From: Flavobacteriales bacterium UBA6051
GTDB lineage: Bacteria > Bacteroidota > Bacteroidia > Flavobacteriales_D > Crocinitomicaceae
DNA: 64,000 nucleotides
NCBI GenBank assembly: GCA_002427735.1
Contig: DIYP01000007.1
Coordinates: forward strand, 629,049 to 693,048
Direction: 5' to 3'
Shown: positions 8,312 through 16,964 of the stretch, in pieces
Layout: each line of letters opens with the position of its first letter
Numbering within the stretch: the first letter of the stretch is position 1
Position numbers and translations under genes: made by a program
The notes under the pieces: generated by a model
What the model was told of the DNA's origin: nothing
Databases searched by the model: none
Seen by the model: only the letters and a program-made list of their open reading frames with translations

Positions 8312-10408
8312 ATGAATTTTGGACGTGTCATGACCCTATGCCTTGGAGTATTCACTTCAATGGTCAGCTACAGTCAAATTATTACCGAGCAAGAAGTCAG
8401 GGATATTGCCGCAAATGGCAGTGAGGCCGAAATAGTAATGCAAAACTCTACGCTCATGTCGGAGGGTTATTTGTATTATTCGGAAATACTAGCTGATCGT
8501 TTGTTGGAATTAAATCCTCAGAGCTCAAATTATCATTACAGGAAAGGATTCTTGATGCTTGAGATTCGTAAAGATTATCTCGGCGCTATTCCACATTTCC
8601 AAATGGCAACAAAAGACACGGACCCGAATGCTGACATGTTTTCTACCCGAGATAACAGTGCCCCAACGGATGCTTTCTTCCATCTTGCATCATGTTATCA
8701 TCTAAATGAGGCAATTGATGAGGCCATTGAGAACTACAATAAGTTTCTTGAAATTTCGAAAAAGAAGTCTGAGCTTGTTCCAGTAACTAATTTACGCCTT
8801 GTTCAATGCGAGGAAGCCAAGAAACAAATGGCTGCCCCTGTCAATGTATACCTGAAAAACATTGGAAAAGAAATTAACACGGAGTTCCCTGAATATAGCC
8901 CAGTTGTATCTCTGGATGGATCTGCACTTTACTTTACATCAAGAAGAAGTTGGGAAAATGGTGAAACGGATATGTTCAAAGACCCCGTGATTAATCAGTA
9001 TCCAGAAGATGTCTATGTAAGTTATCGAGATTTTGATTCTACATGGTCGAAACCCGTTCGATTGGAATTTTGTGAACCCAGAAGAAACGAGGCAACCATT
9101 GCCCTGAGTACAGATGAACGTAAAATATACCTTTACGAGGATTCAACAGGAGGTGGAGATATTTACTACACGGACTTCTATCATGCTAAATTCCAAGACA
9201 TTAATATTCTTGAAACAGAGGGAATCAATACAGAATACTGGGAAACTCACTGTATGATGACCCACGATAAGCAGCTATTTTTCTTTGTTTCTGATCGTCC
9301 AGGCGGACTTGGGGGAAGAGATATTTACATGATGAAGCGTCTGAGCGATAATTCCTGGAGTGATCCAATGAACCTTGGTCCGAACATTAATAGCGCCGGT
9401 GATGAAGATGCACCATTTATCTCTATTGATAACAAAACGCTCTACTTCTCTACTAACGGAGAACGCAGTATTGGTGGCTTTGATATCATGACAAGTCAAT
9501 TACAAACCGACAGTACTTGGGCTGAGGCTGTTAACCTCGGATATCCTTTCAACTCAACAAACGACGATATTTTTTACACTACAACAATTGACGGACGTAA
9601 AGGTTATATGACCTCCTTTAGACAGGATGGCTACGGTGAAAAGGATATTTATGAAATTCACAACGATTACCTAGGTATTCGCGATATCGCTGTATTGAAA
9701 GGTCTTATTAAAACCGTGGATGATAAACCAATTCCTGAGGATTTTGCCATCAATGTGCGCTTAGTTTGCGTTGATTGTGAAAATGCAGAACAACGATTGG
9801 TTTATCCAAGACTTAGAGATGGTGTATTTATGACTGGACTCCAACCGTGTAAGACATATAGATTGGAGTACATGAACGTTGGAGAAAATGATGTGATGCA
9901 TGAAGACGGATTTACAACTCTTTGTGATACCGCTTATCAAGAAGTTTACAAAGAATTGCTACTTGATGTTGACAAACGCACGATTATTTTACCACCAGAC
10001 ACTGTTCTTCCTCCAGTTACTGTTACTGACTATCCAAATCTTGAATTCATGCACTATTTTGCATACAACAAGAATAAACTGTCTGTGAAGAAAGGAGATT
10101 TGAAGAAGTTCGTTAAGGATGTAGAAAAGCAAATCGATGAAGGTCGAAAAGAAATTACGATTAACATCTACTCTTCTGCTTCTAACGTACCAACGAAAAC
10201 ATACGAAACAAATGAGAATCTGACACGCATCAGAGCTGAGAACATGAAATATGATCTTATTGCTCATTTCGAAAAAGATGAGAAGTTCAAAGGAAAGGTC
10301 AATGTGGTTATCGTTACAGCAATCGTAGATGGTCCTCCTTATGAACAAGACTCTAAGAACAAGGAGAAATACTTCCCTTATCAGTATGTTGGATTAAAAA
10401 CAGAATAA
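8312..10408 (+). CDS. TPR / PD40 beta-propeller protein, tandem paralogue of 5870-8176 with a divergent C-terminus
   Basis: 698 aa. It is collinear with the upstream gene and very similar through the TPR, PD40 and 4-Cys regions (for example EQEVRD, NY.YRKGFL, PEY.PVVSLDG..LYFTSRR, GGGDIY, GYGEKDIYEI.NDYLG). It lacks the canonical OmpA signature at the end. Confidence 0.8.
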   Translation: MNFGRVMTLCLGVFTSMVSYSQIITEQEVRDIAANGSEAEIVMQNSTLMSEGYLYYSEILADRLLELNPQSSNYHYRKGFLMLEIRKDYLGAIPHFQMATKDTDPNADMFSTRDNSAPTDAFFHLASCYHLNEAIDEAIENYNKFLEISKKKSELVPVTNLRLVQCEEAKKQMAAPVNVYLKNIGKEINTEFPEYSPVVSLDGSALYFTSRRSWENGETDMFKDPVINQYPEDVYVSYRDFDSTWSKPVRLEFCEPRRNEATIALSTDERKIYLYEDSTGGGDIYYTDFYHAKFQDINILETEGINTEYWETHCMMTHDKQLFFFVSDRPGGLGGRDIYMMKRLSDNSWSDPMNLGPNINSAGDEDAPFISIDNKTLYFSTNGERSIGGFDIMTSQLQTDSTWAEAVNLGYPFNSTNDDIFYTTTIDGRKGYMTSFRQDGYGEKDIYEIHNDYLGIRDIAVLKGLIKTVDDKPIPEDFAINVRLVCVDCENAEQRLVYPRLRDGVFMTGLQPCKTYRLEYMNVGENDVMHEDGFTTLCDTAYQEVYKELLLDVDKRTIILPPDTVLPPVTVTDYPNLEFMHYFAYNKNKLSVKKGDLKKFVKDVEKQIDEGRKEITINIYSSASNVPTKTYETNENLTRIRAENMKYDLIAHFEKDEKFKGKVNVVIVTAIVDGPPYEQDSKNKEKYFPYQYVGLKTE

Positions 10409-10431
10409 TTTATACTCAACGATAGTGAAAG

Positions 10432-10456
10432 AAGCCCGGCAAGTCCGGGCTTTTTC
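10432..10456 (+). terminator. Intrinsic terminator
   Basis: GCCCGG (10434-10439) pairs with CCGGGC (10445-10450), with a 5-nt loop, followed by TTTTT. Confidence 0.75.
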
Positions 10457-10510
10457 TCTATAAAAGACACTATTCTTTCGGTTAAACGGCTAATTATGCT
10501 GATGAAGCTT

Positions 10511-10541
10511 TTGGTGAGAAGTTAACAATGGCATACTTTTG
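10511..10541 (+). promoter_or_regulatory. Bacteroidetes-type promoter (TTG-N20-TActTTTG)
   Basis: TTG at 10511-10513 and TACTTTTG at 10534-10541, 15 nt upstream of the ATG at 10556. Confidence 0.45.
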
Positions 10542-10555
10542 TAAAAAAAAGTACT

Positions 10556-11164
10556 ATGAAGAAATTATTACTTATCGCAACTGCCATTGTAGCTGTTGCA
10601 CAATTTGCAAATGCACAGTGTACGCCAGATCCAATGTACACTTCTCCAGGATTCTATCCTGATAGTGCAACCGGAATTTCAAACGCTTGTGCTGATGTAA
10701 TGTATGATGAAGTGATTACAGTGGTTGCTATAGCAGACACAGTTATTCAATCCATTACCGTATCAGTAGATAGTGTGGTCATTACAAACGTTACCGGACT
10801 CCCTCCTTCACTTTCTTATGCTTGTGAAGATGCCAGCTGTACTATTTATCCAGGTGCGGACCCAAGTTCTTGTATCCAGATTTCTGGCACTCCAACTACT
10901 GGGGAGATCGGATCGTATACAATGAATATTGAGTATACGGCTTACGCAACAGTGTTCTCAATGCCGCAATCGCTTCCATTATCAGAGGATTATACGCTAG
11001 AAGTTGAGGCGTGTACTTCAAACCTTCTTGAACTTTCCAAAGAAGAAAAAACGTTAGTAAAAATCACTGATTTAATGGGAAGAGAAACTACCGAAAAACC
11101 AAATACACCATTATTGTACCATTATTCTGATGGAACTATTGTAAAGTCAGTTTCGGTTAAATAA
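10556..11164 (+). CDS. Secreted protein with a T9SS type A C-terminal sorting domain
   Basis: It has a signal peptide (AQFANAQ). The C-terminus KTLVKITDLMGRETTEKPNTPLLYHYSDGTIVKSVSVK fits the Por/T9SS type A CTD pattern (..D..GR.......n.p.i..ysdGt..K). Confidence 0.65.
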   Translation: MKKLLLIATAIVAVAQFANAQCTPDPMYTSPGFYPDSATGISNACADVMYDEVITVVAIADTVIQSITVSVDSVVITNVTGLPPSLSYACEDASCTIYPGADPSSCIQISGTPTTGEIGSYTMNIEYTAYATVFSMPQSLPLSEDYTLEVEACTSNLLELSKEEKTLVKITDLMGRETTEKPNTPLLYHYSDGTIVKSVSVK

Positions 11165-11183
11165 ACAAAAATATTCTTGTTTT

Positions 11184-11215
11184 AAAGGCTCAACGATTTG
11201 TTGGGCCTTTTTTTG
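11184..11215 (+). terminator. Intrinsic terminator
   Basis: 9-bp stem 11186-11194 / 11200-11208 (AGGCTCAAC / GTTGGGCCT, one G-U pair), a 5-nt loop, then a T7 run. Confidence 0.7.
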
Positions 11216-11246
11216 TTCTCCCCTTCCCTATCACTATCTTTAACGC

Positions 11247-12098
11247 ATGAACATCAAACTCACGAAGTCGCTGGCTATTTTTGACTTGGAGGCAACAGGT
11301 CTCAGCGTTACGCAAGATCGCATTGTAGAAATTGCCATCATTAAAATTGCTCCCGACGGAACACGGACGGAATATACCAAGCGTGTGAATCCCGAACGCT
11401 CTATTCCGAAAGAAGTGAGTGAAATTCATGGTATTTATGATGACGACGTGAAAGATGCTCCGACCTTTAAAGAAATAGTACCTGAATTGGAAGCATTTCT
11501 CGGGGATGCAGATTTCGCTGGTTATAATTCAAATAAATTTGATCTTCCAATGCTTGCTGAAGAGTTTTTGAGAGCGGGAAGTTCATTTGACCTTTCAGTC
11601 AAAAAGCACATCGATGTACAGAACATTTTTCACAAAATGGAACAACGCACGCTCATTGCTGCATATCGTTTTTATTGCGATAAGCAACTCGAAGGAGCGC
11701 ACAATGCCATGGTGGATGCCAATGCCACATGGGAAGTACTCGATGCCCAAATCAGTCATTACGAAGAACTAAAAGAAGATGTTGATTTTTTGGCAGACTT
11801 CTCTTTGTTCGGTGATACAAAACGCCTTGACTTTGCCGGAAGATTGGCATATAATGAGAAAGGAGAAGCCGTTTATAACTTCGGAAAACATAAAGGGAAA
11901 ACCATTAAGCAAGTGGCTCAACTTGAACCCGGTTATTATGGCTGGATGCTTGATGCTGACTTCCCTCTCTACACAAAGCAATGCTTGAGAAAAGAAATGG
12001 CCAAAATTAAAGCGCAAGAACAATCTAAGGATGACGGCAAATCGGAAGAAGAACGTTATGAAGAAAAGCTGAACGCACTCAAGAACAAATTCAAATAA
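11247..12098 (+). CDS. DnaQ-like 3'-5' exonuclease domain protein
   Basis: FDLEATGL (Exo I), GYNSNKFDLPML (Exo II) and HNAMVDA (Exo III) motifs, plus a C-terminal extension. Confidence 0.8.
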   Translation: MNIKLTKSLAIFDLEATGLSVTQDRIVEIAIIKIAPDGTRTEYTKRVNPERSIPKEVSEIHGIYDDDVKDAPTFKEIVPELEAFLGDADFAGYNSNKFDLPMLAEEFLRAGSSFDLSVKKHIDVQNIFHKMEQRTLIAAYRFYCDKQLEGAHNAMVDANATWEVLDAQISHYEELKEDVDFLADFSLFGDTKRLDFAGRLAYNEKGEAVYNFGKHKGKTIKQVAQLEPGYYGWMLDADFPLYTKQCLRKEMAKIKAQEQSKDDGKSEEERYEEKLNALKNKFK

Positions 12099-12099
12099 G

Positions 12100-12711
12100 A
12101 TGAAAATATTCTGCATAGGAAGAAATTACGCCAAGCACGCGAAGGAAATGAATTCTGATGTTCCTACCAGTCCCATGTTTTTCATGAAGCCTGACACCGC
12201 TATTCTACGTCCCGGAACCCCTTTCTTTTATCCTGATTTCTCAAAAGATATTCACTTTGAGTGTGAAATTGTTGTAAAGATTAATCGTGTTGGAAAGAAT
12301 ATTGCAGAGAAGTTTGCACACAAATACTATGACGAAATCGGCCTTGGCATTGACTTTACAGCACGTGATCTACAAAAACAATGTAAGGAAAAAGGGCATC
12401 CATGGGAAGTAGCGAAAGCATTCGAAGGAAGTGCTCCTATCTCTAAAGAATTTGTTGCTAAATCATCATTAGACTTAGAAAATCTGGAGTTCTCCCTTTT
12501 TCAAAATGGAGAACGCGTTCAACTCGGCAATACTGCTGATATGATTTTTTCAATTGACCAATTGATTGCCCATCTTTCAAAATTCAACACACTCAAAAAA
12601 GGAGACTTGATTTATACAGGAACTCCAGAAGGTGTGGGACCTATAGCAATTGGCGACGAACTTATTGGGAAAATTGGTGAGCGCGAAATGTTTAAAGTTC
12701 GAGTAAAATAG
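12100..12711 (+). CDS. Fumarylacetoacetate hydrolase (FAH) family protein
   Basis: KIFCIGRNYAKHAKEM, ECEIVVKI, GIDFTARD and GDLIYTGTPEGVG are typical FAH-fold motifs. The ATG is 1 nt after the upstream stop. Confidence 0.85.
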   Translation: MKIFCIGRNYAKHAKEMNSDVPTSPMFFMKPDTAILRPGTPFFYPDFSKDIHFECEIVVKINRVGKNIAEKFAHKYYDEIGLGIDFTARDLQKQCKEKGHPWEVAKAFEGSAPISKEFVAKSSLDLENLEFSLFQNGERVQLGNTADMIFSIDQLIAHLSKFNTLKKGDLIYTGTPEGVGPIAIGDELIGKIGEREMFKVRVK

Positions 12712-12718
12712 TCCTTTC

Positions 12719-14113
12719 CTATTTACCGGCTCCTTTGAAAATTATGAGGACCGTATAAAGCATGATTTTAAAATCAAGTGAAAGGCTTCTGTTCTTAAGA
12801 TAAAGCAGATCGTACTTCATTCGATCTAACATCTGGTCAACGTTTTCAGCATAACCGTACTTGACTTGTCCCCAAGAGGTAATTCCAGGACGCACTTTGG
12901 TAAGTTCAAGAAATTGCGGTTCCACATCGACAATTTTATCAATGTAAAATTGACGCTCAGGTCTTGGGCCTACAAGCGACATATCACCAACCAAAACATT
13001 ATAAAATTGTGGAAACTCATCCAATCGAGATTTACGCATGAAGCGACCGATTTTCGTGATTCGCGGATCACTGGAAGAAGATAATTGCGGTCCATTCTTT
13101 TCAGAATTCTGATACATCGTTCGGAACTTAATAATCTTGAATGGCACACCATTCTTACCGATTCTTTCCTGTTTAAATAAAATGGGACCAGGCGAAGAAA
13201 GCTTGACCAAGACGCCTAGTACTATGAACAGAGGTGTCAATAAAATCAAAGAAACAATGGAAACGCTTATGTCGATGAGACGCTTAAACGTTCGCTGCCA
13301 TACCGGCATAACTTCAGAGTTCACATTGATCAAAAGTGCGCCGAAAATATTGCTCATTTCAACCGTACCGGAAAGGATATCATACATATCCGGAAGAATC
13401 TTAATCCGAACGTCCCCTCCTTCTAATCGTGAAATGATCGTTTTTAATCGATCGTGTTCCACACTTTCCAGTGCAATAATGACCTCTTCAATTTCATTTT
13501 CACGTAAGATGTGTTCTACATCATCAATATGGCCAAGATATGGTAGAGAATCCTCTAAAAGCTTATCTACCCCATTCAGATTGATAAAACCGATGAATTG
13601 ATGTCCTGTACCTTTAGGTAACTCTGTAATTTCCTTGTAGATATCTACAGCTTTATCACTCCCTCCTACAATCAGTGTTTTGAATCCCGTCTTGCGCTGA
13701 TGAATGCGTTTTACAATAAAACTGACCAGGAACATTCGCGGAACAAACACGAACATGAATTGAATTCCGAATAACAGAAAGACGGATTGATAGTATTGTC
13801 GGTATTCGACGATTTCGTCATCGAGCAGGAAAAGAAAGAAAATCCCCACAGAACCAAGAACTGTTCCCAGGAAAGTAAGGTTTAAAATTTTCATTCTGTG
13901 CAAACGACGAACATCCTGATATGTACCTTGAAGCATATACAAGAAAAGCCAAACAAGTGGAATGATTAAAATTCCATAGTAAAAAGACTCGTTGACAGAA
14001 AATTCCACATTCTCAATGCGCGTCTTACGCACATAGTAAAACACACCCCAGGCAAAGGATGCTGCCGCCCAATCAAAGAAAATGAGCAAAAATGTGAGGA
14101 GTCTGGAATTCAT
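12719..14113 (-). CDS. Polyprenyl-phosphate glycosyl-phosphotransferase (bacterial sugar transferase, WbaP/exopolysaccharide-initiating type)
   Basis: N-terminal TM helices are followed by the conserved C-terminus KRLIDI..S, PGPILFKQERIGKNG.PF.I.KFRTM, DPRITKIGRF.RK.SLDE.PQF.NVL.GDMSLVGPRP. Confidence 0.88.
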   Translation of the reverse strand: MNSRLLTFLLIFFDWAAASFAWGVFYYVRKTRIENVEFSVNESFYYGILIIPLVWLFLYMLQGTYQDVRRLHRMKILNLTFLGTVLGSVGIFFLFLLDDEIVEYRQYYQSVFLLFGIQFMFVFVPRMFLVSFIVKRIHQRKTGFKTLIVGGSDKAVDIYKEITELPKGTGHQFIGFINLNGVDKLLEDSLPYLGHIDDVEHILRENEIEEVIIALESVEHDRLKTIISRLEGGDVRIKILPDMYDILSGTVEMSNIFGALLINVNSEVMPVWQRTFKRLIDISVSIVSLILLTPLFIVLGVLVKLSSPGPILFKQERIGKNGVPFKIIKFRTMYQNSEKNGPQLSSSSDPRITKIGRFMRKSRLDEFPQFYNVLVGDMSLVGPRPERQFYIDKIVDVEPQFLELTKVRPGITSWGQVKYGYAENVDQMLDRMKYDLLYLKNRSLSLDFKIMLYTVLIIFKGAGK

Positions 14114-15001
14114 TTAGAAATAAACAGCTTTGACGTTATCAATGTTTATTTCTCCACTTGAATCTCCGTCATCCAAAGCAGCCTTGAAAGAGAATTCAAA
14201 ATATTCCGCGTTCGGTGACCCTGATACGATTTCGCGTACGTCAATGTAGATTTTTTTCCAGCGTACTTCGCTATCAGATTGTGCGTTGATTTGGACGTTT
14301 GGATTATCAATAACACCGGAACTTCCAATCCCTAAAACTCCCGTAACCAAAGCATTTGTGGTATGATAGTCTATTTCAAGATAGCATTCTCGTCCTCTTG
14401 GAAGATCCATAACAAGCGATCCATTGTTATTGGCTACAGTAGATCCTGAATAAGAGTTCTGTGAATCATTTAATGAAATTCGACCGAAAAAACCTTCATT
14501 TATGGCAACATCAATATCTGCTGCATCATTTGTACGGATCAAAGCTGCAGCTGATGCTCCTCCATCGACAATATCGTATGACGCATCTTCAAAGTCTTCA
14601 ATCCAGAACTGTGTCTGATCTTTATACCAGGTAATAGGATTAAGTGTAACTACCTCATTTTTAACCAATGTAACGTTCGCCGAAAAAGGCTCCATAAATG
14701 GATAAATCTTCTTAGTGGCCGAAATACCATTATTCAACACGGTTGGATAGATCGTTACTTCTCGATCACCATCCACTAGCACGGGGATTTTAAACGGCAC
14801 TTCGAAAACACCAACCAGTTTATTGTCGATGTAGACCCAGGCATCTGTAATATTTTCGGTAAGTACACCAGTTGGATATTGAGAATTAGGGTTATCAACA
14901 AGTTGCCAATCAGTCACTTCAATCCACGCGGGATCGGGATTATTTTTAACACAAGAAGCAAGCAAGAATGCAGTGCAAATGAGGAGTAATACTGTTTTCA
15001 T
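14114..15001 (-). CDS. Lipoprotein, unknown function
   Basis: The signal/lipobox is MKTVLLLICTAFLLASC. It abuts the sugar-transferase gene (the stop is adjacent to the downstream start), so the two are probably co-transcribed. Confidence 0.6.
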   Translation of the reverse strand: MKTVLLLICTAFLLASCVKNNPDPAWIEVTDWQLVDNPNSQYPTGVLTENITDAWVYIDNKLVGVFEVPFKIPVLVDGDREVTIYPTVLNNGISATKKIYPFMEPFSANVTLVKNEVVTLNPITWYKDQTQFWIEDFEDASYDIVDGGASAAALIRTNDAADIDVAINEGFFGRISLNDSQNSYSGSTVANNNGSLVMDLPRGRECYLEIDYHTTNALVTGVLGIGSSGVIDNPNVQINAQSDSEVRWKKIYIDVREIVSGSPNAEYFEFSFKAALDDGDSSGEINIDNVKAVYF

Positions 15002-15035
15002 AGTTTCTGTAGTACGCGTAAAACGAAAAAAATGA

Positions 15036-16034
15036 TCAGTTATTGTTCAGAACTTGGGTTGATGACGACTTTAATTTATCAACAATTTTCTGGGCCACAT
15101 CCAAGGCCAGGTAGCCATCTTCAATCGGAACAATTGGTGTGGTATCATTGACAACCGCATCGTAAAAGGTGCTCAACTCTTCCTTGATTGCATTTACCTC
15201 TTCAATTTCAGGTTTATCAAAGAGAACTTTTTTAACTGGCTTACCCTCCCCCATGTCGAAGACAACGTCGAAAGGATCAGGTTCACCTTCAATATTTTCC
15301 ATGCGCACCACTTCCAATTCCTTCGTTAAAAAGTCTACGCTGATGTACGCATCTTTCTGGAAAAAGCGTGACTTACGCATGTTCTTCATTGAAATTCTGC
15401 TTGCCGTAAGATTCGCTACACAGCCATTGTCGAACTCAATTCGTGCATTGGCAATATCGGGCGTATCACTAACCACAGAAACACCAGATGCTGAAATTCT
15501 GCGAACACCAGATTTTACAACACTTAAAATGGCATCCAGATCGTGAATCATTAAATCCAGTACTACAGGAACGTCCGTTCCACGCGGATTGAATTGAGCC
15601 AGACGGTGCGTCTCGATAAACATTGGATTACTCAAAAACGGCTGAGCCGCCTGAAATGCAGGATTAAACCGCTCCACGTGTCCAACTTGTACCTTAACTC
15701 CTGCTTCATGCGCCAGATTGATCAAAGCGCGCGCCTCATCTACCGTTTCAGTCACTGGTTTTTCGATAAATACGTGCTTACTGCTTCTCAAAGCTTTCGA
15801 TGCGCAATCAAAGTGAGAAATGGTTGGTGTTACGATGTCTACGCAGTCTACTTCCTCTAACAAGCTATCCACACTATCAAAACGCTTAATATTAAACGTT
15901 TCAATCGCTGTTACTGCGTTTTCATCATTGGGATCAAAAAAACCAACAAATTCAAACTTGTCATTCAATTCAAGCAATAATCGAATATGAATTTTTCCCA
16001 AGTGGCCCGCGCCGAGAACACCTACTTTTAGCAT
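15036..16034 (-). CDS. Gfo/Idh/MocA-family NAD(P)-dependent oxidoreductase
   Basis: N-terminal Rossmann motif KVGVLGAGHLGKIH, the EKP motif (VFIEKPV) and a GFO_IDH_MocA-type C-terminal domain. Confidence 0.85.
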   Translation of the reverse strand: MLKVGVLGAGHLGKIHIRLLLELNDKFEFVGFFDPNDENAVTAIETFNIKRFDSVDSLLEEVDCVDIVTPTISHFDCASKALRSSKHVFIEKPVTETVDEARALINLAHEAGVKVQVGHVERFNPAFQAAQPFLSNPMFIETHRLAQFNPRGTDVPVVLDLMIHDLDAILSVVKSGVRRISASGVSVVSDTPDIANARIEFDNGCVANLTASRISMKNMRKSRFFQKDAYISVDFLTKELEVVRMENIEGEPDPFDVVFDMGEGKPVKKVLFDKPEIEEVNAIKEELSTFYDAVVNDTTPIVPIEDGYLALDVAQKIVDKLKSSSTQVLNNN

Positions 16035-16137
16035 ATTTCACCTTTTGTGGCAAAAATACAAGAGATTGCGGATTGATACCCTAGGTTTTATCAAAGGTTA
16101 TCAACAGAATTTTATGAATGAATTGAAGCGGCTTGCC

Positions 16138-16650
16138 TTAGTTTAATTGATTCTTCGCATTGAGATTCAACCCCGAATAATATCCTGTAGATTTATCTGA
16201 GTAGAGTTTAGTAAGCGTTGTTATTTGACCTGTGTGATATGAAAAGTGCTCTAAAACATGCACCATTACTGAAAACCCTGATACTTTAAAATCCTGTATT
16301 ACAAACTGTTGTTCGAAAACATCATCAGGAAGCTCCTGAAGGCAGTTTTGAAGTTTTACCTTTAAATTCTCGAGCAGAAAAATGAAATCACTCTTTCGGA
16401 TATTAGTATGGATAATGAACTCGTCGTCTCTATTTCGATTGTCCTCTTCACCTCCCAATCCGGATAAAATCCATTGTCGTGCATTCCCGCACAAATGAAG
16501 AATCAAGCATCCAACAGACGGAATATTACCATTAGGCGATTCCCATATCTCCTTGTCATCCAGCATAGATAAGCACTTGTATATGCGTGGATAAGACTCT
16601 TCGAATACGCGTAATTCAAACTCTTTGACAATATGATTTTTCAACTTCAT
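16138..16650 (-). CDS. DinB-superfamily (DUF1572-like) protein
   Basis: 170 aa four-helix-bundle-like protein. The His residues spaced as in DinB proteins (ILHLCGNARQW, VLEHFSYHTGQ) suggest this family. Confidence 0.55.
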   Translation of the reverse strand: MKLKNHIVKEFELRVFEESYPRIYKCLSMLDDKEIWESPNGNIPSVGCLILHLCGNARQWILSGLGGEEDNRNRDDEFIIHTNIRKSDFIFLLENLKVKLQNCLQELPDDVFEQQFVIQDFKVSGFSVMVHVLEHFSYHTGQITTLTKLYSDKSTGYYSGLNLNAKNQLN

Positions 16651-16789
16651 AATTCACTCAATTCCACTCTTCTACTGTAGTGAAGATAAAAAAATTGAAC
16701 TGTTTAATTAGAATATTTGAGGAAATACATATCTTTGCCACCGCTTCACTAGTTATTAACAGCTAAGTTGAAAATAGAGAAGTAAACAT

Positions 16790-16864
16790 GGTGGTTGTAG
16801 CTCAGTTGGTTAGAGCATCGGTTTGTGGTACCGAGGGTCGTGGGTTCGAGCCCCATCTTCCACC
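16790..16864 (+). tRNA. tRNA-His (anticodon GTG)
   Basis: Hand-folded cloverleaf. D arm GCTC/GAGC. Anticodon stem TCGGT/ACCGA with loop TTGTGGT (GTG at 16825-16827). T arm GTGGG-TTCGAGC-CCCAT. There is an extra 5' G(-1) at 16790 opposite C73, the tRNA-His hallmark. No CCA is encoded. Confidence 0.9.
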
Positions 16865-16865
16865 C

Positions 16866-16899
16866 AAAAAAGGTCTTAGTCTTCACTAAGACCTTTTTT
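16866..16899. terminator. Bidirectional intrinsic terminator
   Basis: Perfect 10-bp stem AGGTCTTAGT / ACTAAGACCT (16871-16880 / 16885-16894) with a 4-nt loop. It is flanked by A5 on the left and T6 on the right. It can serve both the tRNA (+) and the converging transporter gene (-). Confidence 0.8.
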
Positions 16900-16964
16900 A
16901 TTTGAATGAAGATCTACGAGCAACTTACGGCTATGCTTGCGTTGCGCTTGTCTTCAATGAGTTA

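Noticed and set aside
11190-11429. A 79-aa minus-strand ORF spanning the terminator and the start of the exonuclease gene.
   Set aside because: It overlaps a clear intrinsic terminator and the 5' end of a motif-supported DnaQ-like gene on the other strand. It has no recognisable motif.
13137-13601. Long antisense ORFs inside well-supported genes: 701-1048, 9989-10348, 13137-13601, 15169-15546, 24085-24459 and 49237-49653.
   Set aside because: Each lies fully within, and opposite to, a gene with strong family motifs. Their translations are low-complexity (Ser/Thr/Ile-rich) with no recognisable motifs. These are typical shadow ORFs.
16865-16964. A possible integration site or genomic island next to the tRNA-His gene.
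   Set aside because: There is no integrase and no direct repeat of the tRNA 3' end. No compositional break is visible. The tRNA is followed only by a bidirectional terminator and the converging transporter gene.
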